64,000 nucleotides of DNA. Origin: Somniosus microcephalus (Eukaryota). The translations under genes and the position numbers were made by a program. Location: the NCBI GenBank assembly GCA_052327205.1, contig CM126203.1:340814001-340878000 (forward strand), written 5' to 3'. The notes beneath the pieces were generated by a model, which saw only the letters and a list, made by a program, of their open reading frames with translations, was not told where the DNA came from and did no database searches. This document shows positions 1 through 11,850 of this stretch, one piece after another. Position 1 is the first letter of the stretch, and each line of letters begins with the position of its first letter.

Positions 1-125
1 ACAGCCAGGTCCCCAAACACCAATTAGATAAATGACCAGTTAAATCTGTTTTTTAGCAGCCTAGATAAGGCTTGATCTCTTGACATTCGGACTGACACGT
101 GAGTGCTACCACTGAGCCAAGATGA
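1..125 (-). mobile_element. Deu-domain SINE remnant (internally deleted)
   Basis: aatgaccagttaaatctgttt and gagtgctaccactgagcca resemble the body and tRNA head of the copy at 10482-10925. Confidence 0.45.
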
Positions 126-957
126 TGCTTGCTGTCTTTTTGTGACTAAAACTTGAGGTGTAGAATATCTCCCTGTTGAAGAGTTCTGATCATTCTGGTT
201 GATGAATTGCTTTTTGCTGAAGTTCATTGAAATACTTGGAACACATAATTTTAAAAAATCTTGGAGTTTTATCTTGCAGCATATTGTGTGTACTGTTCAC
301 ACTACATTTGGTCTGCTTTCCAAACCATTTGCATTCTTCACTTAGTTTAACTTGTCATCCACTGACAGCAAGAGATTCTTTATGGCCCAACATGATGAAA
401 GTCAATTATAGTGCAGAAGGCTCCCCTTCTCTCTTCCCCTGATTTTTCCCCAGAGATTTTTTTCTGTGTGCCTCTGTCCATATTAGTTCAGAGTTATGTG
501 GAAAATAGTTTCATGCTGTGGATTTGTGGCACCCTTTATATAAAAAAAAAAAAAAAAAAAAAATTGGAGAATACCTAAAGTTTTCACTTACAGCCTTTAT
601 AGCCATCAAGTTGAGTTTGAGCCTATATGTGCGGTGGAGTCGGCATTGTAACTCAGTGAGCACAGTTTCCATTCGATTGGTGTTCATAATCGTGTGTTAC
701 AAGGTATTTGGGGATAGGTTGTGTCAATCTGCTGTTGAACAATAACTTACCACTTCACTCTACTTCGTAATTGATTTCCTCTCATCTGGTACTTTTTATT
801 TTCAAGAGGACATTTGGAAGCAGCAGTGTTCGATGTTGCTTCTAATTCCTCCCCCTTATACAGGAATTTGCCTGGATTTGATCATACCAGATGTTAACCA
901 CACCTTCTCTCATTTGAATTGGTTCCTTTCAAATATAAACTTAATGAGAAGTTGTCC

Positions 958-1325
958 TTTTTTTATTCGTTCTCGGGGATGTGGGTGTGGCTGGCAAGGC
1001 TGGCATTTATTGCCCATTCCGAGTTGTCTTGAAAAGAGGGGCTTGCTAGTTTACTTCAGAGGGCAGTTAAGAGTCACCCACATTGGTGTAAGACTGCAGT
1101 CACATATAGGCCATACCAGGATGGCAAGTTTGCTTTCCTAAAGAACATCAGTGAACTAGTTGGGTTTTTACGACACTCCGACAGCTTCACGGTCATTTTT
1201 AGTGATGTCAGCATTTTTAAATTCAAATTCTCAAACCGCCCTGGTGGGATTTGAACTCTCGTTCTCTGAATTATTCGTTAAGGCATTTGGATTACTAGTC
1301 GAGTAACACAACCACTACACTACCA
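958..1325 (-). mobile_element. tRNA-derived SINE (family S1), near full length
   Basis: The reverse complement has a tRNA-like head (gtagtggttgtgttac...gagttcaaatcccacc), a body shared with 1843-2040 and 60836-61155, and a 3' tail gggcaataaatgc...cccacatccc shared with LINE family A. Confidence 0.85.
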
Positions 1326-1842
1326 TATATGTGCATAATGCATCACTTTTGAAAGGTCACCTGCAAGATGCAGTTGACAATTTCTTTTGATGGTATTTTA
1401 TTATCTCTGGCTATTTATGTAGTCTCCTTGTGCAATACACCTTCCCTGTCCGCAAAGACTAATTTGGGTGCCTTCTATGCCTCTGCCAATATTGCCCTGT
1501 GGAATTGAGCCTTTCTTCCCTACAGAACTCATTCCCTGGGACCTTGCGTGGTTTAATATGATTTCCATTTTTATACATTAAGATCTTGTATTTGACACCC
1601 CAGAATTTTTTTCAAACTGCATTCTGCAAGTCTAAGGTTCGTTCCTGCTTGTTGTGATCGTGGGCCATTTGGGGAGATACCATGTAGACTCACAGGGCAC
1701 ATGAAGTTTAAACTAACATCCCCATTAATCTGCCTATATCTCAAGCTGCTTACACAACAGATGTAGGTGATTTGATTCAAGCATTATTCAGTGAGGCAGC
1801 AATGCTCGGCACAGACCTTTCCAGGCTCATGAACCAGTGGAA

Positions 1843-2209
1843 CAGTAGCATAGTGGTTATGTTACTGGGCTAGTAATCCAGAGGTCTGGACTAATGATCC
1901 AGTAGACGTGAGTTCAAATCCCACCATTTAAATTCAGTTAATTAAATAAATTTCAAATAAAAAGCTAGTATCAGTAATGGTGACCATGAAACTACTGGAT
2001 TGTTGTAAAAACCCATCTGGTTCACTAGCAAGCCACTCTGTTTTTCATAGCGGTTTTTTACAACTATCACTGTGGGAGTACCTTCACCACATGGACTGCA
2101 GCGGTTCAAGAAGGCGGCTCACCACCACCTTCTCGAGGACAACTAGGGATGGGCAATAAATGCTGGCCTTGCCAGTGACTCCCACATCCCATGAATGAAT
2201 ATAAAAAAA
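1843..2209 (+). mobile_element. tRNA-SINE S1 5' part joined to a LINE family A 3' end
   Basis: A-box/B-box head (tagtggtt...gagttcaaatccc). From about 2068 it matches the LINE A terminus at 25880-26010 and ends in an atgaatgaat/A-rich tail. Confidence 0.8.
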
Positions 2210-2746
2210 TATTGCAATGACAACCCAGCAAGTAAATCAGGTGCAAATAGAACTGAGCTGTTTGTGGGCCAGGGCGGCTCATAGCTTGGACACCCTGGTC
2301 TAATTCAAACTTCAATTTGCAGGAACAGATTGAATTTACAATGATATTTGCATTTCTAATTTGTTGCATTTGTGCTTTTTTTTTTCCTGGAACGTTTCCA
2401 CAGTGCCTCAGTTTTCTTTCATGGGAGTTTCGTGAGTTGCTGATTTTGGTTTTATATTAAGTAGTATGCGAGGTCTATTCCCTTTATCTTGCAGAGAAGA
2501 AAACAAGTAGAATATAGTTCATCTATTCTGACTTTTTTTGCATTACCAGCTCTCACGGCTAATCTTCCTGTTTGGTTAATGTAGGCACTAATTTAGCACA
2601 TCTATCAGCTGGAATTGTGGTTTGTGGCTTGACATTGCTCAAGTGTAGGAGATGAGACTGCTTCAGCTTGTGACAGATGGTGTTGAGCAAGTGATACAGT
2701 AGTGTAAAACTATAATGAGCTCACTGCAAGCTGTATTCTGAATTAG

Positions 2747-2912
2747 TTCATAGAATTAAAAAACCATACAGCACAGGAGGAGGCCATTCGGCCCATCATG
2801 TCTGTGCCAGCTCTTTGCAAGAGCTATCCAATTAGTCCTACTCCCCTGATCTTTTTCCCCATAGCCCTGAAAATTTCTCATTTTCAAGTATATATCCAAT
2901 TCCCTTTTGAAC
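2747..2912 (-). mobile_element. CR1 LINE 3' end fragment
   Basis: catagaa...acagcacaggaggaggccattcggccc is the reverse complement of the CR1/HER1-like 3' stem-loop and microsatellite tail. Confidence 0.8.
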
Positions 2913-3899
2913 GTTAATTATTTGGGCTACTAACTTTTTTCCCCCCCTCCTGAGCAGTGTCCTGATTGGACATGTGTTTCTGGACACAGACTGCAGTTAA
3001 CTGAATTTAATATTGCAGTGACGTGAATTTTATTTTCCACATTGCATTTGTTTATCCTGTCGTTTTAGTACTCCAACCGTATCGTGAAAAATCACTCAAT
3101 TGCGTTTCAAACAATGCTCCTTCATTGACTTGCATTGTTTTAGAATGTAACCCGTGTCGGTTTGGGCTGTGGTGTACATTCTCATTTCCCCAGTGTTGCA
3201 CTGAATAGTAGGCAAGATGTTTACCCCAATTTGAGTGCTGAAAGACTTTCTCAATTTTCCGAAGCCCCCCGTCTCTATTGCAGATTATCTGCTAAAATTA
3301 CTCATGAAATAGACTGAACCAAAGATTGATTCTTGTGCATAATTGTGAATTAATTAATAAATAAAATTAATTTTATTCCACAAAATGCTAAAGCTGATTA
3401 TTATTGATTTGCAGTCTTAATTTACTACAAATAAGCTGACTTTTTAAATGTTGGAAAATAATAATGCTGATAGTTTTGTTAGTAGAGCAAGGAGCTTACA
3501 AACTTGTACACTGGTTGATGATGCATTTCTCTAAATGACTACTGTCTCCAGGGTCTTAACTATAAATACAGAACCTTTAAAAGAAGCTGTGCACTTTAAT
3601 TATGCCCTAACTTGAGGCTTTTAAAACAAAAAGGTATAATTAGGCTACTTTTCAGCAACTTCATCTAGTTTTTCAAAATTCTGTCTTTCTATTTTTTAAA
3701 AAGTCAGAGGTATTACACTAAACATATGTTCGGGTAGCTTTACTGTTGGAAGAACTTATTCCAAAATAACAGCTTTGGGAACATTGCGACGGTTTTCAGG
3801 TCCGGTAGAGACTGGAAGTCAAATTAAATTCTATTGGCTTTTATTTGTGGCATTAGTGTCTTTGATAACTAAACTTTGTCTGAGATATTAAATTCAGAC

Positions 3900-3966
3900 T
3901 TTTTTTAATTCATTCACGTGATGTAGGCGTCGCTGGCAAGGCCCACATTTATTGCCCATCCCCATG
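3900..3966 (-). mobile_element. Tail-only LINE A / SINE S1 insertion
   Basis: attcattcacgtgatgtaggcgtcgctggcaaggcccacatttattgcccatccc. A similar + strand tail lies at about 16315-16372. Confidence 0.7.
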
Positions 3967-4877
3967 ATAATTCGATGATAAAAATGTATGTCCTTCACAT
4001 ATGCAAGCGCAGATATAGAGTTCCTATGTAGATTATCTTTGTAAAGAAGTAAAGTTTTCTAGCAGCTTTTAAATATGCTGCAAATTTTAAAGCAATAGCA
4101 TATTGTATGACGTGCCTGTGCAAGTATCGGTACGTTTTGTCAACATTTCCTAACGTGAATGTTTTTATTCTGAAATTGCTCTGTGGTGGTGTGCATGCAA
4201 AAAAAAAAGCGGACTCTTCAGGATGGCTATTGCTGCAGGTTAATTGCAGTCAGTCTTTCATGCAAACTTACTGCGGGACAGCCTGGCTTTGGAGACTTTG
4301 ATGCCAAGATAGTTGACCTTTGGCACCTGCAGAAACTTGTACAAAGAATGTTTTTGGAAATTGTAGAAAAATCTTGATGAAAGCAAGTTGTGTATCAGAT
4401 GTGAGGTTTTCGCAACTTAATTGAGTAAGGGCGAGTGTACATGACCTGCAGTTTTTGTTTGAATTTGAAGCGTTGAAAGGCTTTGACCGTTGAACTAGTT
4501 ATGGTGAAAGATGATTTAGGATCTTCTGCTTTGGCAACAGTGTTTGATGGCAAACTTCATGTCGGTGAGTAGGTGCCAGGTTTAAAGGGGCACTGTGGCA
4601 TCTTCACAAGCTTTTATATTACCAACATGATGTGTGGATTGTACCAAGGTTTCATCCTGTCATTTGCATATGCAGCTATGACAAAAATGCATTATACTTT
4701 CCAATTTACCAAGTGCTCTTTTTCTTTATCGTAGCCTTCCAGCATTGCAACAAAGCACGATTGGGAATGTGGCCATCTAATGAGACTAATGTTTAATAAA
4801 ATATACAATTAAATTGTAACAGCATTTTAAATGTGTCCATTTTAGAGAGTGCGGCGTGCGCTATCTGCAAAGTATAT

Positions 4878-4940
4878 TTCATAGAATCATAGAAATTTAC
4901 AGCACAGAAGGAGGCCATTCGACCCATCGTGCCTGTGCCA
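4878..4940 (-). mobile_element. CR1 3' tail fragment
   Basis: tcatagaatcatagaaatttacagcacagaaggaggccattcg. Confidence 0.7.
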
Positions 4941-6624
4941 TATTTGGGGGTATAGTGGTAAAACAAATCCACAAAAGTAAATCTCAACGAAGTGGATGCA
5001 GTTAAGTTAAGCATCGCGAGTCGGGTATTGAATTGAAAGTGTTGGCAAAAAGACGCATGGGTTGTCTGCCTTCCCAGACAGAATTTGACAACTTGTTTTA
5101 TGGAGACATTACTTAGAGTAGTTTTTAGTTTCAGTGAGTTGATCTCTGTGGGCAGTGAATGTGTCTGGCCAGAGGTAGAGGTGTAGGAGCTTAAATTAGA
5201 TGCTTGTGTGAGATTTGTGAAAAATATCTCTTTATTGGAGACATTTGTGAAGGAATGCAAGCATGATGTCATCAGGATGGAGCTAATGATTAAGGAGGTT
5301 CTTAGACAATGAAGTAAATGGCCTTCACTTACTTAACTGGTACAGGAAGTTCATCTGCTTTGCAATTGTTCTGGAAATAGGCTTCAATAGGGTGTTTGCA
5401 AGTTAAAACCTTGAGATAACATCACTGGGCGAAGATGTAATTTTATCATATGTTCCCCTACTGTGGTTAGAGTTGCATTGGTGCTGTCTTATTAAAACCA
5501 ATTTCAAACAAAATAAATTGCTTGTGTTGGCTGTGTGTGCATCATTGCTTGGTGAGTAGATCTCTGCTTCGAGGGAAATATACAGTGCTATTATCTGCAT
5601 GCCAAATTTGAAAGAGGTTTCATTACTTATGTTATCTCCTATGGACACCTACGATTTTGGGTTGAGTCTCATAACTGGAGCAGCTTGGACGTATGTTGGG
5701 GTGTTCTCTGTCTGGTGTGGCTCGATACACCAATCTGGATATTGCATTTTTTGTTGCAACCTGGGAACAAATCCAGAGTTGTGGAGTGAGGAAAGGTCTG
5801 CCTTGTACACTCAGCTGGCTTTAACTTTTTTCACTTTGAGCACTTCTGAAGTAGCAGCCAGGCTTTTTGCAAATGCTGATTTGTGATGTGCAGCCACTCT
5901 CGCAACCTGCAGCAGCAGCGCAGCTCAGTCGAGTTTCCTGATGCAAGAGAAATCCAGAAATGAGCTACCATGGGAGGGAACATGAGTGACGTCTTTAGTT
6001 TAAAATAAAATATGGGTGGTTAAGCACTTTACAGTGAAAGTACTCCTCCCCAGATTTGTTTCCCCTTGAAGGCTCGAGTTCTTTCTCCGTTAAAATGAAA
6101 CTGTCCAGGTATTGGATTCTGAGTTCATGGAGTACTTTTGTTTTGCAGCACTCCATTTTAAAACGACATCTCCTGAGCCTTTTCCAATGTCTGGGTGAGA
6201 AGGCCTATACCTGCTGCTGGGGGTCCTGTAGTTTGGGCAGTTGCCAGGAGTCCCTAACTATTTGTCAGAGACTGGGAACTCAAGGGTGGGTAACATTGTC
6301 CATTTCAACAGTTTTGTACACGCTTTTAACAAGATTACCACACAACACAGAATTACTTGAAGAAAATAAGGCCACCGATGCAGGTTTACCTGGAAGGCTA
6401 ATGGTCTGATTTCCCGTTTAGGTTTTGATGGTAGGACTGATGCCCGTGAGTAGCACTAGAGAAAGGAAAGCACCAGAATGAAGGTGGGGATGGGTTAGCC
6501 TGTCATTTTAGCAAAGTTTCAATAATTTCCCATCTCCAATTTTTCCATATTTTTTTGTTAAATGGTAACATGAATGAATTTTGCAACAAAGTCTTTATTC
6601 CTTTGCATTTGTAATTTTTGACAG

Positions 6625-6800
6625 ATAATTGAATGTACTGAAGGACATGTTGGCTCGTGAGCACTGCAGCTGCCATGGAGGCCTATGAATAAGAACAGGG
6701 ATGCAGCACGGCAACCAGGGAATGCATGGGGAATATTGAAACAGCACATAAAGAACCTCCAATGCTTGTCAGTGTGAGCAGTGGCAAAGGGACATCTACC
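6625..6800 (+). promoter_or_regulatory. FAM53A: 5' UTR part of the first coding exon, with multiple uORFs
   Basis: Acceptor ttcctttgcatttgtaatttttgacAG ends at 6624. Upstream ATGs at 6633, 6647, 6675, 6685, 6701, 6722, 6726 and 6762. Confidence 0.7.
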
Positions 6801-6878
6801 ATGGTAACGCTAATCACCGAGAAGCTGCAGAACCAGAGCCTGGAGGATATCACTTGCAAGGCCTACAGCATTAATCTG
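6801..6878 (+). CDS. FAM53A: FAM53A first coding exon (MVTLITEKLQNQSLEDITCKAYSINL)
   Basis: ATG in strong Kozak context (ACCATGG) at 6801. The 26 codons match the FAM53A N-terminus (human MVTLITEKLQSQSLDDLTCK). Phase-0 donor CTG|GTAAGA at 6878/6879. Confidence 0.93.
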
Positions 6879-8086
6879 GTAAGAGTTTCACCAACCTCCT
6901 TGGTAAACTTGTATGGTAGACTTGATTCTTGTAACTTAACATAACTTCTATGCTAGTTTACTGTTTCTTCGTGTTGGATGTGAATACGCTTCTATTGATG
7001 ATTTTAGGCAAAGCAAATAGTGCAACTCCTTCAGCATCAAAAATTTATCAGAAACTTGAGTTAAATTACTACAAATCACCAACTGTGCTACATCATTGCT
7101 TCCATTACTGAGTTTCGGTGTCCAATGGGTGAGTATCCACATTATATGGCCAATCTTGCCAGTTTTATCATCTTTCCCCCTCAAGAGTGGCGCTGTAGAG
7201 TGCTCTATCTAATGGTCTGATCGGTGAGGGATGGGAGTTTGAGTGTCACTTGAGGCTAGAATTCTCGCACTTGGGAATGTATTTTTGTCTGGGCTATTTT
7301 CCCAATTTTTAAAAAATTCTCTTCTCATCTTCCACAGTTAGGCTGGCAAAGAAACCTTGTTGTCTTACTCGCTTCTGTGGCTATTTTCTGTTATTCAGGG
7401 CTTTCCATACATATCGCTCTTTTGGCCTTTCATGCAGTGTCTTTCCAGCTGGAACTCAATCCATCGCCACCTAAGGATACTTCAGCTATGCAGTATGCAT
7501 GACCTGTGCATTATAAGCTTTTCCCATCTCAAAATGCCGTGTCTCATTCCATGAGAAGGCAGGCAGTATGTTCTCTGCCTCTGCCGTACCATTATCGAGC
7601 AAGAGTGTTGATTCATTTTCTCTCCTACCTGAGCAGAAATGCATAACCTCTGCTCCAGCAGAGATAAGCTTACAGTCTGAGAAATCGAGGGCGAGACATT
7701 TCATACTACCGACGTGTTGCGCCAGCTGACGCTTGTGAATGTTAATCAAGTTTTTGCATTTATGGGGAATTATAACATTTAATCACGTAACATTTTTATC
7801 ATAACCCAACACTGCAAACTGGGAGGGGTACACTAATGACGTTTTCATGTGTGCTGGATGTATTGATAGAGTTTTTTGTGCAAGGTCACAAGTCTGAGAT
7901 CATTGGATTTTCTTACTTGCCTATGAAGGACTAATATTGCACCTCTAATATTGGTTTTATAATGGTGGCAAAGATCTGTTGAGTGTTGCATGAACCTTTG
8001 CTGCCTTTACATGTGTAGTGCACACCTGGTTATCCATCATAGGTTAAACCTTCAAAGTTTGAGCACATTTTCCTGAGTAAGATATT

Positions 8087-9230
8087 GGCCCGGATTTTGC
8101 GGTCAGCGGCGAACGAATGGCGCTCGCTGTTCATTGCCCTTACAGCTGCCCACAGACTTCGTGAGCTTTTGTGCGGCAATTTACGTTAATTAGAAATCCA
8201 TTTCAGCGTGGCACCCGCTCCTTGTGAGAACAGAGCAATCAACAGGGTAACTCTTCAACCAATCAGATTGAAGAAGCCTCAGAGAAACGCTGAATCTAAA
8301 CCAGGAAGTGTAAGTTCAATGTTTTTATAAAAAAAAAAAAAAAAATTATTCATACCTGGGATGTGGGCATCGCTGGCAAGGCCAGCATTTATTGCCCATC
8401 CCTAATTGCCCTTGAGAAGCTGGTGGTGAGCCGCAGCCTTGAACTGCTGCAGTCCATGTGGTGAAGGTACTCCCACAGTGCTGTTAGGGAGGGAGTTCCA
8501 GGATTTTGACCCAGCGACGATGAAGGATCGGCGATATATTTCCAAGTCAGGATGGTGTGTGACTTGGAGGGGAACTTGGAGGTGGTGGTGTTCCCATGCG
8601 CCTGCTGCCCTTGTCCTTCTAGGTGGTAGAGATCGCGGGTTTGGGAGGTGCTGCCGAAGAAGCCTTGGTGAGTTGCTGCGGTGCATCTTGTAGATGGTAC
8701 ACACTGCAGCCACGGTACACCGGTGGTGGAGGGAGTGAATGTTTAAGGTGGTGTATAGGGTGCTAATCAATCATGTACAGAAAGCGAAATAAAGAGAGGG
8801 AAAGAAATATGGGATAGAGAGAGAAGAGACAGAAAGACAATGTATTTTTAAATCTCCAACAATAATTAAAATCTGAAGGAATGAGACTCCACACTTGTAA
8901 TAAATTTTCAGTGCCAAAGAAGTTGTTTGTAATTAAGATGTAGCATGCAGTTAAAAATTCACTGCACTTGAATGGACAAGCCCTAACTTTTTCTGCCATG
9001 TTTAGTGGGTAAGTACCGCCACTTAACGCCATTTATGTGTTTCAATACCAAATCTCTCGGCGCAGTACCGGTGTAACAAAGCTTGTGGAGGAGCAGGGCA
9101 ACTCTGCAGCAACTTCCTGATTTCCGTGTTTAGTTGCGCATGTGCGGACGCCGGAAGTTGCTGTCCGATTTACTCCATAATAACGGTAAGCGCTGATTAC
9201 CTCACTTATTCCTACTGCAAAATCCTGGCC
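8087..9230. mobile_element. Non-autonomous DNA transposon (PIF/Harbinger-like MITE) with a nested LINE fragment
   Basis: 17-bp TIRs GGCCCGGATTTTGCGGT and ACTGCAAAATCCTGGCC (2 mismatches). The same 3-mer ATT flanks both ends (8084-8086, 9231-9233). CpG-rich interior. Confidence 0.75.
8345..8770 (-). mobile_element. LINE family A 3' fragment nested in the Harbinger-like MITE
   Basis: ORF 8402..8770 (-) is nearly identical to the C-terminal part of ORF 25503..26003 (TLNIHSLHH...SWNSLPNSTVGVPSPHGL). Confidence 0.9.
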
Positions 9231-9605
9231 ATTAAATAAATGTCACTGAATAAAATGCCTTGAATCAGACGCCATCTTTCGAGGCCTGGATTTGTTTTAA
9301 TAATTAACTATGGAATTTGTCAGCAAGTCTGTCATTCTGTTCTAAAATGCACTTGCACTGCACATTAAGGAAGCTGTTATTCTTTTACAAATGTTTCTAA
9401 GCTGATACTTATTTTTGCAGCACAGCTTATTCCTGCAGCGCAGCTTTCCTTGCACTATGTTTTCATTACCCCTTGTAAAGAATGAACGTACATTATTATA
9501 TAACTCCTTATCGCATCTTCAGTACTTTACTATTGATTAATTCCTTTTGAATTGTATTGACTTTTATGTAAGCAAACGTGGCAGACATTTAGCACATAGC
9601 ATTTG

Positions 9606-9843
9606 TCAATGTGATTTCCTGGACTAGTTTCGATCGTCTAAAAGGGTCGGGGCGGAATTTTCCAATTTTTTTCGCCCCTAATAGGCCTGGGTTTTTATGC
9701 GGGTTCTCGCCTCTCCCAGGCAATTGCATGACTCCGGTGGGTTGGCTGTGTCTTTATCGTGAAGCATAGGGTATCCTAACTATTTGGGACAAGCTAGATG
9801 GGTCAGTGGGTCTTCCCTTCGTCATTTTCGCATGTTCGTATGC
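9606..9843 (+). mobile_element. Probable CR1-type LINE 3' UTR fragment inside a decayed Deu-SINE
   Basis: Ends ggacaagctagatgggtcagtgggtcttccc...catgttcgtatg, like CR1 3' stem-loop tails. Deu-SINE-like pieces lie at about 9505-9600 and 9880-9925. Confidence 0.5.
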
Positions 9844-10481
9844 AGGGCTGCCTCGGCAGCTCAGGAGGGTCTGTGGTGGGGCTTGAACCCACTGCCTTGT
9901 GACTGAGTGTGTTATCAGTTGAGTACTAATAGTAGTACTAAGTACCTTCCTCGCTTTCCCGTCTATGTAGAAAATGTGCGTGGGGAAATGTGTGTAGGTA
10001 AAACTGGTGCTGACTTCAGCTGGAAGTCCCAAGGGAAAATGACTCCTCTATGCCCCATTCGGAAGGATGGAATTGCCCAAAATGATGAGTGCATGATTAA
10101 TGTTTTGCCACTAAATGTCAGCCAATCTGGTTAATACTATATCCTTACCTATTTGCTATTGGTGCTAAAGAAATCGAAGGACAGAATATAACTACTACAT
10201 GAACATTTTCATCACTTGGATTCTTTATATCCAGTATTGGATGTTTATGGATCTTGTTTTCCATGTCTTGTAAGTGGTTAACATACTTCCCGTGTTGTGG
10301 CGTGCCCTCTCCCAACAAAAATCCGTGCCCATCTTTTCTGCAACTTCGTTTGTAGCTGTCCAATCAGGTTTCTGCCCCTGTCACAGTACTGAAAAGGCCC
10401 TATTCAAAATCACACATCCTTTATGACTGACTCTGGTGTATTATCCCTCCTCATCTTGTCCGCTGCCTTTGACATGGTTGA

Positions 10482-10925
10482 GAAGAAAGAACGAACTTGG
10501 ATTCTATAGTGCCTTTGACAACGTACCAAAGCCAATGAAGTACTTTTGAAATGTAGTCTCTGTTGTAATGTAGGAAACCCGGCAGCGAATTTTGCTCACA
10601 GCAAAGTCCCACAAACAGCAATGTGATAATGACCAGATAATCTGTTTGTGGTGTTGCTGGTTGAGGGATAAATATTGGCCAGGACTCCTGGGATAACTCC
10701 TCTGCCCTTGGAATAGTGCCATGGGATCTTTTACATACACCTGAGAGCAGACGGGGCTTCGGTTTAACGTCCCACCTGAAAGACAGCACCTCTGACAATG
10801 AAGCACTCCTTCAGTACTGCACTGGATGTCAGCCTAGATTTTGTGCTCAGGTCCCTGGAGTGGAACATTGAACCCACAACCTTCTGACTCGGAGGTGAGA
10901 GTGCTACCAACTGAGCCATGGCTGT
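10482..10925 (-). mobile_element. Deu-domain tRNA-SINE (SacSINE1/AmnSINE1-like), near full length
   Basis: Reverse complement has A-box TGGCTCAGTTGG, B-box-like GGTTCAA, and the Deu-type core GACGTTAAACCGAAGCCCCGTCTG...AAAAGATCCCATGGCACTATT...GGCCAATATTTATCCCTCAACCA. L2-type tail. It splits the L2 RT motif AAFDMVD/HTILL. Confidence 0.88.
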
Positions 10926-11080
10926 CACTGTCCACACCATCCTCCTCCTCTGTTGTCCAGCTCAGTGGGATTACCTTCTTTTGGTTCCTCTCTTAACAAT
11001 CCAATCATAGCCAGAGTATCTCCAGCTGCTCTTCCTGCCCTGCACTCTTAACTCTGGAGTCCCCCAAGGATGTATCCTTG

Positions 11081-11850
11081 TGCAGGGAAAGGGTTAATCA
11101 AACTGTCCTATTTATACTATTATTCAATTCTCATTATATTGTACTAATGTTAACCTTTAGCATGTTGAGCAGGGAAATATGTCAATTTAGTGAGCTATTG
11201 GATCAGGTCTAACCCTGCAGCAATGGTTAGTTTCATGATGAAGTAATAAGAGGCTTATGTAAAGACATGCCATTGCATACTGAATCATTTGATAACCCGT
11301 GTGGGGAAACAGTTAGTTCTGCAAAGGAAACATCTGGGCATACATCCTTTTTAATTGGTATGAATGATAAAAAATACAGACTGACTTATAATTAAAGGTT
11401 TCACTTGGTACAATAGCAATTGTATGGAATGAGTGTGAAACTATCAGTAAGATTAGAAAGTAAGGGAGTTATACCTGTCAACTCAACAGAAAAAGAACTA
11501 GTTAAGTAAGAAAAACCAAAGTTATTTATAAGCAGTAAGCCAATTAAATTCCCTGTGTATGGAGTTGTATTTTAGCTTTTATATAATTAGGTAAGGCAGA
11601 TTTGTGTGGATGGTCATGTGGAGGGAGTGAGAAAGGTATAACAAAACTGGTGGTTTCTCATGAGTATTTGGATCCTTAAATGCCTAAGAGACTGAGCTCA
11701 GAACGGTAACCCAGAATGACCAACCAAACATTATTCGATGTGGTTGTAAGTGCTACCTTTTAAGTGCATGTTTAAATACTATTACTGTGCTTAATAACTA
11801 TGACACCTGATTTTCAATGCTTAAGAATCTTATTGATTTGAGGAGTAAAT
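11081..11850. mobile_element. Unclassified AT-rich insertion inside L2 (possibly LTR-derived)
   Basis: L2 stops after GVPQG.IL at about 11080 and resumes at YMLSFGD (about 11851). The insert begins (tg)tgcagggaaagggttaa. Confidence 0.5.

Noticed and set aside
4793-5272. 159-aa minus-strand ORF
   Set aside because: It crosses a CR1 tail and has no domain or splice support; likely chance.
10860-10925. tRNA gene
   Set aside because: The A/B boxes belong to a SINE head followed by the Deu core. The same applies to the heads at about 1250-1325 and 1843-1925.
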